From Spirochaetaceae bacterium (GTDB lineage Bacteria > Spirochaetota > Spirochaetia > DSM-27196 > SLAA01): a DNA stretch of 35,251 bases. Positions within the stretch are counted from its first letter, which is position 1. Every line of letters begins with the position of its first letter. Shown here piece by piece: positions 9,093 through 15,625 of this stretch. Position numbers and translations under genes: made by a program. The notes below the pieces were generated by a model. The model was not told the origin of the DNA, made no database searches, and saw only the letters and a list, made by a program, of their open reading frames with translations. The DNA lies in the NCBI GenBank assembly GCA_003552665.1, contig PUNW01000166.1:1-35251 (forward strand), in the 5' to 3' direction.

Positions 9093-10631
9093 TTGAATAC
9101 GCTGAAAGCTCTATTGGCGAACACTCCGGACGTCATCACGATCTTCAGCAAGGACGGCCGTTATGTCGAGGTCTCGGCAGCCGCGGCCGAGGTGATCGGG
9201 CGCTCGGTAGAGGAGATCAAAGGCAAGACCTTTTCAGAGGTACTGCCCACCGAAGTTGCGCAGGAGTTCATGCACACGCTCACCGAGTTACGGGAGACTC
9301 GGGAGCCGATGACTAAGACCGACGTTTTGGTCATCGAGGGGCAGGAGCGTGTGTTTGAAAGCAGGTTCTTCCCGGTGCAAACGGCTGCCGGCGCCGGTGA
9401 GGAGTACTTCGGTGCGATCGCGACCGACATAACCGAGAAGGAACGTGCGCAGGAGGAGCTCGTCCGAGCGCGAGAGAAGGCCGAAGCTTCGGACCGGGCC
9501 AAGAGCGAGTTTCTCGCAATCATGAGTCACGAGATACGCACGCCGTTGAACGGTATCGTCGGGATGCTGCAACTGCTCAACAGCACCGCACTGAACGACG
9601 AGCAGTGTGAGTGCGTTGAGTTGGGTCTGCGCTCCGCGGACAGGCTAACGCATTTGCTGTCCGATCTTCTTGAGCTTGCAACGATTGAGGCCGGCAAGCT
9701 CCGGATCGTGGAAGCCGAGTTCAGCGTTTCCCGCCTGTTGCAGTCCATCTCAGAGCTCTTTGAACTCGGTGCACGTGAAAAAGGTCTGCGTCTGAGTCTT
9801 GTGCCCAGCCCCGACCTTCCCGATGCAATCATTGGGGACCAATCCCGGTTGAAGCAGATTCTCTTCAACCTCGTGGGGAACGCTGTGAAGTTTACTCACG
9901 AGGGAGAGGTCTGCATTTCGGCCGAACCCGTCGACCGCGGCCCCGGGCGCCGGTTGGGTGTTGCCTTCGCTGTGAGTGACAGCGGCGTCGGCATTCCCCG
10001 CGATCGCCTCGATCAGCTGGCGGATCCGTTCAAACAGGTCGATAGCTCGCACACCCGGAGCCATGAAGGCGCGGGGCTTGGGCTCGCGGTGGTACACCGT
10101 CTCGTAAAGCTTATGAACGGGGCGGTGTCGATCGACAGCGTCGAGGGCGAGGGGACCACGGTACGAGTAGTGCTGCCGCTCAAACGCGCCGGGAATGAAG
10201 CTCCCAGTGACAGCGTACAAGGGGAGGAGGAGCCGCATGACGAGCACTGCGGAGTGCGGATTCTGGTTGCCGAGGATGACCGGCTGAACCAGATTGCCCT
10301 TCAGCGCCTCCTCGAGTCAAACGGGCACCGGATTACCGTCGTCAACGACGGCCGTGAGGTCATCGAGCGACTGCGCGCAGAGGAGTTCGATTGCGTACTG
10401 CTTGACGTGCAAATGCCGGTTATGAACGGCGTTGAGGCCACCCGCGAAATCCGTCAGGCCGAAAAGCTCAACGGCAAGCGCCATATCCCCATCATTGCTG
10501 TAACCGCCTACGCGGGATTCGAAGACCGGGAAAAGTTCATTCAAGCGGGGATGGACGACTACTTGGCGAAACCGGTGCTGATGGAAGACCTACAGCGTGT
10601 ACTGGCCCGTCATGTGATCGGTTCCACCTAG
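9093..10631 (+). CDS. Cytoplasmic PAS-domain hybrid histidine kinase/response regulator
   Basis: PAS (NTPDVITIFSKDGRY...ATDITE), KSEFLAIMSHEIRTPLNG, NLVGNAVKFT, GAGLGL, receiver LLDVQMP; TTG start after GGAG. Confidence 0.93.
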   Translation: MNTLKALLANTPDVITIFSKDGRYVEVSAAAAEVIGRSVEEIKGKTFSEVLPTEVAQEFMHTLTELRETREPMTKTDVLVIEGQERVFESRFFPVQTAAGAGEEYFGAIATDITEKERAQEELVRAREKAEASDRAKSEFLAIMSHEIRTPLNGIVGMLQLLNSTALNDEQCECVELGLRSADRLTHLLSDLLELATIEAGKLRIVEAEFSVSRLLQSISELFELGAREKGLRLSLVPSPDLPDAIIGDQSRLKQILFNLVGNAVKFTHEGEVCISAEPVDRGPGRRLGVAFAVSDSGVGIPRDRLDQLADPFKQVDSSHTRSHEGAGLGLAVVHRLVKLMNGAVSIDSVEGEGTTVRVVLPLKRAGNEAPSDSVQGEEEPHDEHCGVRILVAEDDRLNQIALQRLLESNGHRITVVNDGREVIERLRAEEFDCVLLDVQMPVMNGVEATREIRQAEKLNGKRHIPIIAVTAYAGFEDREKFIQAGMDDYLAKPVLMEDLQRVLARHVIGST

Positions 10632-10649
10632 ACTCGGAAACCTACCGGT

Positions 10650-10699
10650 TGAGCCCCACTCAGGTGGGTGAGCCCACTCAGCTACTCGAGCGCACTCAG
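10650..10699. repeat. Three short tandem imperfect palindromic units
   Basis: TGAGCCCCACTCAG, TGAGCCCACTCAG, CGAGCGCACTCAG between convergent genes. Confidence 0.5.
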
Positions 10700-10700
10700 C

Positions 10701-11168
10701 TCAGCTGCTCGAGCCCGATACGTAATTCTCCAACTGCCGAATCAAGCGTTGCTTTTCGTCGAGCAAAGCCTCCTTCTCACCGAGAGCCGCTTTCACGAGG
10801 TCGCCGATTGAGACGAGCCCGATCAAGCCGTTCGCTTCATCTACCACGGGGATGTGCCGGATTCGCCTGCGCGTCACAAACTCCATGCATTCCTGCACCG
10901 TTCGCTCCGGCGAAACCGTGATGACATCAGGTGTCATCAGCTCCTTGATCGGAGTTTCCCTCCCGAGGTCATCCCGTTCAACCGATTTGCGAGCATAGTC
11001 GCGTTCGGAGAAGATACCCACAAGGACGCCGCTCGCATCAAGCACCAACACAGCACCGATCTTATAATCGGCCATCAACCGAAGTGTATCAATCAAGGTG
11101 GTATCCGGGGTCACCGAGTAGATTTTGCGTCCGTTGATTCTGATAAGGTCTCCGACCGTTGTTTCCAT
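10701..11168 (-). CDS. CBS-domain pair protein
   Basis: GIFSERDYARK, MTPDVITVSP, RIRHIPVV, GLVSIGDLVK; start reassigned to the ATG after AGGAGG. Confidence 0.93.
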   Translation of the reverse strand: METTVGDLIRINGRKIYSVTPDTTLIDTLRLMADYKIGAVLVLDASGVLVGIFSERDYARKSVERDDLGRETPIKELMTPDVITVSPERTVQECMEFVTRRRIRHIPVVDEANGLIGLVSIGDLVKAALGEKEALLDEKQRLIRQLENYVSGSSS

Positions 11169-11426
11169 CATTTGCCTCCTCACTCTTTGACCTTTGACAA
11201 CTCCGCTCACCGCCGCTTCGTCAGCGGCGGGCGGGCCAACACACCAAAATAATACCATAAGACAGCTTGCGTGTGCGGCTCTTGATTCGCGCCCACACCG
11301 ACCGCGACGGGTTGCTACACGGGTGATCAGCTCCACCAATGAGCCGGCCTAAGGCATCTGCTTGTTGAAGAGAGCATGTAGAGTTTGTTATTTGAGGATG
11401 CGATTCGGGAAAGCGCGCAGCGGAAT

Positions 11427-11507
11427 ATGGAGCAAATTCCGACAGACGGAAGACCTACTCACCCCGGCGAAGTGTTACGTGAGGAGTTCCTCAGCCCTCT
11501 GGGGTTA
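11427..11507 (+). pseudogene. higA: N-terminal fragment of a HigA antitoxin
   Basis: MEQIPTDGRPTHPGEVLREEFLSPLGL matches the start of the intact HigA (MVRVPTDREPTHPGEILREEFLEPMGL); similarity ends just before the tRNA-derived repeat. Confidence 0.8.
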
Positions 11508-11522
11508 TTCTCGAAGGCACAC

Positions 11523-11588
11523 TGCCGGAGACGGGACTCGCTGAAGCGAGCCCCGCTTGCCACGCCGGCTCTCTCTACGAGAGCACAC
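11523..11588 (-). repeat. tRNA-linked repeat unit (47-nt minihelix 11523-11569 plus 19-nt linker)
   Basis: Identical to the unit at 13666-13731; ends in the tRNA-Leu 3' sequence CGAGTCCCGTCTCCGGCA. Confidence 0.95.
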
Positions 11589-11644
11589 TGCCGGAGACGG
11601 GACTCGAACCCGTACGGACCTCTCGGTCCAGGGGATTTTAAGTC
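11589..11644 (-). pseudogene. Displaced 3' half of tRNA-Leu(TAA) (att junction)
   Basis: GACTTAAAATCCCC-TGGACCGAGAGGTCCG-T-ACGGGTTCGAGTCCCGT-CTCCGGCA; no D-arm or 5' acceptor strand upstream. Confidence 0.9.
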
Positions 11645-11655
11645 GGGTCACCGGC

Positions 11656-11859
11656 GTAGCAGGCTGTTCCTGTGTGCCTTCTAAGACACTATTAGGAAAC
11701 AAATTAACAGGCAAGCTGTTCTTTCGTGTTCCGAGGAGATCCGCGGTGTAGCAGGCCGGATTTCTACGATTTTGCTACAATCACATCCTCATCAGATATG
11801 TAACGCCAGAAGTGAGCTCCTCAGGGTGTCAATGCTACCGAGTTGCTACATGTGGCTAG
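11656..11859. repeat. Cluster of TGCTAC-like motifs, probable tyrosine-integrase arm-type sites
   Basis: GTAGCA at 11656 and 11748; TTCTAC 11762 / TGCTAC 11773; TGCTAC 11833 / TGCTAC 11844 / GGCTAG 11854 (10-11 bp spacing). Confidence 0.55.
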
Positions 11860-11883
11860 GAGACATTGGTAGACTTACCTGTC

Positions 11884-11912
11884 TTGAAATAGCATGCGTA
11901 GCGTGCTATTCT
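11884..11912 (+). promoter_or_regulatory. Sigma70-type higBA promoter with overlapping palindromic operator
   Basis: TTGAAA-17 bp-TATTCT; inverted repeat AATAGCATGC-gta-GCGTGCTATT (11888-11910). Confidence 0.75.
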
Positions 11913-11919
11913 ATTCCGT

Positions 11920-12219
11920 GTGATTCAGTCGTTCCGAAACGATGCGAGTGAAGATCTCTTCAATGGACGAAACACGAAGGGAGCTCGTAAAGCGTGTCCG
12001 GAATCACTGTGGAACGTTCTAACGAGAAAGCTGGATGCGCTGGATTCAGCCGAACGTCTGGACGACCTCCGCATTCCACCCGGAAACCGCCTCGAGCAAC
12101 TCTCAGGAACGCGAGCCGGACAACACAGCATCAGGGTGAATGAGCAGTATCGAATCTGCTTTTCCTGGGCCGAGGGTGGACCCAAAGATGTCGAGGTGAC
12201 CGACTATCACGATGAGTGA
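11920..12219 (+). CDS. higB: HigB (RelE/ParE superfamily, plasmid-maintenance killer type) toxin
   Basis: MIQSFR..., RKLDALDSA..LDDLRIPPGNRLEQLSG.RAGQHSIRVNEQYRICF.W...VEVTDYH. Confidence 0.95.
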   Translation: MIQSFRNDASEDLFNGRNTKGARKACPESLWNVLTRKLDALDSAERLDDLRIPPGNRLEQLSGTRAGQHSIRVNEQYRICFSWAEGGPKDVEVTDYHDE

Positions 12220-12227
12220 GGGAGCAT

Positions 12228-12536
12228 ATGGTACGAGTACCTACTGATCGAGAACCAACCCATCCCGGAGAGATCCTGCGAGAAGAGTTCCTTGAGCCGA
12301 TGGGCCTCAAACAGCAGGACCTTGCGAATGCCATTCACGTCCCGTTTCAGCGAGTCAATGAGATCGTTCGTTGTCGACGAGGGGTGAGCACCTCTACGGC
12401 GCTCCGACTGGCTCGGTACTTCGGAACGAGTGCCGGCTTCTGGATGAACCTTCAATTGCGCTATGATCTCTACGAGACCGAGCGAACGGAGAAGGAAGCG
12501 CTGGAAGGGATTGAGCCGCTGCATTACGTGGGATGA
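12228..12536 (+). CDS. higA: HigA HTH antitoxin
   Basis: PTHPGEILREEFL, QRVNEIV, TALRLARYFGTSAGFWMNLQ; directly after the toxin (toxin-first order); ATG after GAGGGAG. Confidence 0.95.
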   Translation: MVRVPTDREPTHPGEILREEFLEPMGLKQQDLANAIHVPFQRVNEIVRCRRGVSTSTALRLARYFGTSAGFWMNLQLRYDLYETERTEKEALEGIEPLHYVG

Positions 12537-12546
12537 GACTATCCTA

Positions 12547-12597
12547 GAACGCCCCCTAATGGTGCTTTTCTTTTTGTCCACCATTAGGGGGTCGTTC
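12547..12597. terminator. Long hairpin between convergent ORFs
   Basis: GAACG-CCCCCTAATGGTG ... CACCATTAGGGGG-t-CGTTC: 18-bp stem with one bulged base and a 14-nt pyrimidine-rich loop. Confidence 0.5.
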
Positions 12598-12602
12598 CAC
12601 AA

Positions 12603-13071
12603 CTACCGAAATGTGTCCAAGAAGCTTTTCATTCCTAACGCGGCGTGGACAAGAACGTCGAGTAGATGTCGAGAACGGACAACGGCGGCGGTGTGTGGAA
12701 GCTCGAACCTTACTTGAAGCTGGAGGTTACCTCGCTTCTGAGACAACAGCTCGTATGCGGATCTTGACCACAGCGGCTGGTACACAACCCCATCGGTTCC
12801 GTTTGGCACGAGTACTCGTAGATCAAACTCGATCTGGGCGTCTTCGATTCCTGGCGATCTCTGGGACTTGTAGTGTCGTTGCAGCAGAAGTATGGATGGT
12901 CTCCCGCTACCATAGTCATGAGCCATCTTAGAGAGAGCCAGCGCAGTACTCTCGAGCAGGGTTACCAAACCCTTCCATCGCCAATTTCTTCAAGCGCGTC
13001 TTCACGCCTTTTGCACTGTTTGGAACAGTAACCGAGATACTGGTTTTCTTCCGACTGATCCCAACGGTGAG
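12603..13071 (-). pseudogene. 3' remnant of a hypothetical-protein gene, frameshifted near 12965 and cut by the IS256 left end
   Basis: LTVGISRKKTSISVTVPNSAKGVKTRLKKLAMEGF continues after a 1-nt shift into VTLLESTALALSKM...QRHYKSQRS...FDLR...MKSFLDTFR*. Confidence 0.55.
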
Positions 13072-13072
13072 G

Positions 13073-13663
13073 TAGAGTTCACCTGAGTGGTGTAATTTCT
13101 GGCGGAAGGTAGAGCAAGCGACCGCCGTCTCCGGTATGCTGTGGTCACCACAACAACACAGTGTGGGGAGGCAGACACGGTGGCAGAAGACAGCATCGCA
13201 TTGTTGGAGCTGGTTGAACAGTACGCGGATGCGGATTTGTTCAAGGAACTGGGACAGTACGCTTTGCAGCGGCTTATGGGAATGGAGACGGAGCAGAAAG
13301 CGGGCGCTGGTCGTCATGAACGGAAAGACGATCGCCTTACTCATCGAAACGGGTACCGCGACCGCCGGCTTGAAACGCGGCTTGGGACGATGAACCTGAG
13401 GATCCCGAAGCTGCGTAGCGGTACGTACTTCCCGTCGTTTCTCGAGCCGCGAAAGATGAGCGAGCAGGCGCTGGTGGCCGTCGTCCAGGAAGCCTACGTG
13501 AAGGGAGTAAGCACCCGCAAGATCGACGACCTCGTGCAGGCGCTCGGGATGAGCGGAATCTCGAAGAGCCAGGTCTCCAAGCTCTGCGGAGAGCTCGACG
13601 AGCGCGTGGAGGCCTTCCTGAAGCGTGAGCTCACCGGACAGTGGCCGTACATGTGGCACTCTA
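13073..13663 (+). mobile_element. Truncated IS256-family insertion sequence
   Basis: Left end TAGAGTTCACCTGAGTGGTGTAATT resembles IS256-family termini; transposase fragment inside; ACTCTA at 13658-13663 is the reverse complement of the first 6 bp. Confidence 0.75.
13180..13656 (+). pseudogene. IS256-family (Mutator) transposase, N-terminal part only
   Basis: HRNGYRDR.LETRLG..NLRIPKLRSGTYFPSFLEPR, EAYVKGVSTRK, GISKSQVS; ends at WPYMW just before the first catalytic Asp. Confidence 0.92.
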
Positions 13664-13665
13664 TT

Positions 13666-13796
13666 TGCCGGAGACGGGACTCGCTGAAGCGAGCCCCGCT
13701 TGCCACGCCGGCTCTCTCTACGAGAGCACACTGCCGGAGACGGGACTCGCTGAAGCGAGCCCCGCTTGCCACGCCGGCTTTCCCTGGAAAGCACAC
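13666..13796 (-). repeat. Two tandem tRNA-linked repeat units (66 and 65 bp) directly downstream of tRNA-Leu
   Basis: Identical 47-nt cores at 13666-13712 and 13732-13778; linkers at 13713-13731 and 13779-13796. Confidence 0.95.
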
Positions 13797-13881
13797 TGCC
13801 GGAGACGGGACTTGAACCCGTACAGGCGCAATGCCCGGGGGATTTTAAGTCCCCTGTGTCTACCAATTCCACCACTCCGGC
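13797..13881 (-). tRNA. tRNA-Leu (anticodon TAA), CCA not encoded
   Basis: GCCGGAG-TG-GTGGAATTGGTAGACAC-A-GGGGA CTTAAAA TCCCC-long variable arm-ACGGG TTCAAGT CCCGT-CTCCGGC-A folds as a full class II cloverleaf. Confidence 0.97.
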
Positions 13882-13913
13882 GTGGTTGGGTTCGGCCTCC
13901 TCGTATTGGGCCA

Positions 13914-13943
13914 ATACTACACGCAGCGTAGTTGGGTGGTCAA
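13914..13943 (-). promoter_or_regulatory. Putative promoter of tRNA-Leu
   Basis: TTGACC-18 bp-TAGTAT on the minus strand, about 30 bp upstream of the tRNA. Confidence 0.6.
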
Positions 13944-14181
13944 TGCGAAGCCGGCAGCGCGGTAGGTGGGAGCGTGAGAGAGGCGGCAGCGCGGCAGACG
14001 GTAGCGCGTGGGAGCCTCCGGCCCCGGCATTGTGGCAAAACGGTGGCCGGGTCTTCACCGTTTAGGGTTCCGTTCCGATGATTACTAACGACGGCCAAAC
14101 TCCGGAGACCGCCCGCGGACCTGGAGCGCATCGATGAATCCAAACGGCTGTCGTGACCAGCGACCAGAGGAGTGCTTGAAC

Positions 14182-14694
14182 ATGAGCGACCGCAGTGGTG
14201 CCGAACCGCACGTACGAGTACGACAACTACGAGAACGCTGGAGCCGTAGCCTCTCCATAGCTCTTGGGGCGTTGATATGCTTCCAGGTGGCAGGGGCGCA
14301 GGCTTTTGCCGAGCTTCCCGATCCGGAGGCAATTCCGCTTGAGCGGATCGACGAGGCCGACGAAGACCGATATCGCAACAGACTGCCCATGTTCGTGGTG
14401 GAGGAGTACGAATCGCCCTGGATCACTGATGACCGCAACGGCGACGGGCGCACTGATTACGCTGTTTTACTGAATGAGTATTTCGAGAAGGTCGCCGAAG
14501 CGGTGGATCATCGTCATGACGGCCTGATGGATAATTTCTATTTTTATAACAAGGGAAACCTGATACGCCAGGAGATCGATACCAACCATGACGGCGCCAT
14601 CGATCTCTGGGTGTATCTCGACGGGGCGTACGTCACGCGCTGGGAGCGAGATACAAATCACGATGGAAGCGTTGACCAAACGCGCGAATACTGA
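14182..14694 (+). CDS. Exported hypothetical protein with four DxxxDG (EF-hand-like) repeats
   Basis: Hydrophobic stretch ending AQAFA; DRNGDGRTD, DHRHDGLMD, DTNHDGAID, DTNHDGSVD; start uncertain. Confidence 0.7.
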   Translation: MSDRSGAEPHVRVRQLRERWSRSLSIALGALICFQVAGAQAFAELPDPEAIPLERIDEADEDRYRNRLPMFVVEEYESPWITDDRNGDGRTDYAVLLNEYFEKVAEAVDHRHDGLMDNFYFYNKGNLIRQEIDTNHDGAIDLWVYLDGAYVTRWERDTNHDGSVDQTREY

Positions 14695-14703
14695 TTCGTA
14701 GCC

Positions 14704-15525
14704 ATGAAGAAAGACAGACACACTCTGTCCGGTTTCCACGCGGTTGATGAGTATCTAAGAACGGGGCGCCCTGCCGAGGTGCTCCTGGCGGCATCCGCGA
14801 ACCGGCGCGTGGCCGCGCTTTGCGAACGTGCGGAGGAGCTCGGTATACCTGTTCGAAAGGTCTCGCGCGAGGAGCTGGTGAACGAAGCCGGCTCCAGGAC
14901 CCGCGACGTCGCGCTCGTGGTGCCGAAATCACAGGCTTCGAGGGGCAAGCGCCGTGCGGATGCACAGGCGGACGACCGCGCAAGCGGCCGCGCAGAAGGG
15001 CGCGCAGAGGCCCGTACCTCTGACCGGCCACACTCATTAGGTGAGCTTTGCGATTCCATCGACCAGCGTTCGGACGCGCTCATTCTGCTGCTCGACGGCA
15101 TCACCGACCCCCAGAACCTCGGCGCCATTCTCCGTTCTGCGGAGCAGTTCGGAGTGGATGCGGTCCTGCTTCCGAAACGGCGGAGCGCGGGTCTCGACAG
15201 TCGCGTTGTGCGCGCCTCAGCAGGCGCGACTGCGCACCTGCCGGTGATCGAAGGCGTGAACCTGGCCGAGGCGGTTGCCGCGCTGCAGTCGCGGGGGGTG
15301 TGGGTTTATGCCGCCGACGCGAAAGGTACGGCCGCGCCGCAGTTGCGGCTTGAGGGCAAGGTCGCTCTGGTGATGGGAAGTGAGGGCAGTGGAGTTCGAA
15401 GGCTGGTGCGCGATCGGTGTGACGGTCTTATCTCAATTCCGACGAGAGGTCAGCTCGATTCGCTGAACGTATCGGTCGCCACCGGGATCCTGTTGTACGA
15501 AATCAGGCGGCGCGCCGGCGGGTAG
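14704..15525 (+). CDS. rlmB: 23S rRNA (guanosine-2251-2'-O)-methyltransferase (TrmH/SpoU family)
   Basis: LDGITDPQNLGAILRSA, VMGSEGSG, SLNVSVATGILLYE. Confidence 0.9.
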   Translation: MKKDRHTLSGFHAVDEYLRTGRPAEVLLAASANRRVAALCERAEELGIPVRKVSREELVNEAGSRTRDVALVVPKSQASRGKRRADAQADDRASGRAEGRAEARTSDRPHSLGELCDSIDQRSDALILLLDGITDPQNLGAILRSAEQFGVDAVLLPKRRSAGLDSRVVRASAGATAHLPVIEGVNLAEAVAALQSRGVWVYAADAKGTAAPQLRLEGKVALVMGSEGSGVRRLVRDRCDGLISIPTRGQLDSLNVSVATGILLYEIRRRAGG

Positions 15526-15625
15526 GTAGCTCACCGCTGCCCAGTGGGCGCACGACCGGACCGCTTTGAGCTGACGGCTTCAGATGGCGTTTTCAGTTGC
15601 CGGTTGTGGCCCGAAACACCTTCGC

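Larger units (their letters stand above)
11645..13796. mobile_element. Degraded genomic island integrated at tRNA-Leu(TAA), no integrase left
   Basis: Bounded by the intact tRNA and the displaced 3' half, which share GGGGATTTTAAGTC (11631-11644 / 13838-13851); visibly more AT-rich than the flanks; carries a TA module, a pseudogene and an IS remnant. Confidence 0.8.

Noticed and set aside
11589-11670. Second functional or split tRNA-Leu
   Set aside because: There is no D-arm, no 5' acceptor strand and no paired anticodon stem upstream; it is better explained as an att junction.
13125-13134. CCGTCTCCGG matching the tRNA 3' end in inverted orientation
   Set aside because: Only 10 GC-rich bases inside the IS256 leader; probably chance.
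11517-13815. CRISPR array interpretation of the GCACACTGCCGGAGACGGGACT repeats
   Set aside because: The repeat is the reverse complement of the tRNA-Leu 3' end, the intervening sequences are near-identical rather than unique spacers, and there are no cas genes in the window.
13657-13815. Transposase C-terminal extension with repeated peptide CRRRDSLKRAPLATPA (also ORFs 11385-11684, 13641-13931, 12928-14058)
   Set aside because: This is read-through into the 66-bp (22-codon) repeats and the antisense of the IS/tRNA; it is not protein-like.
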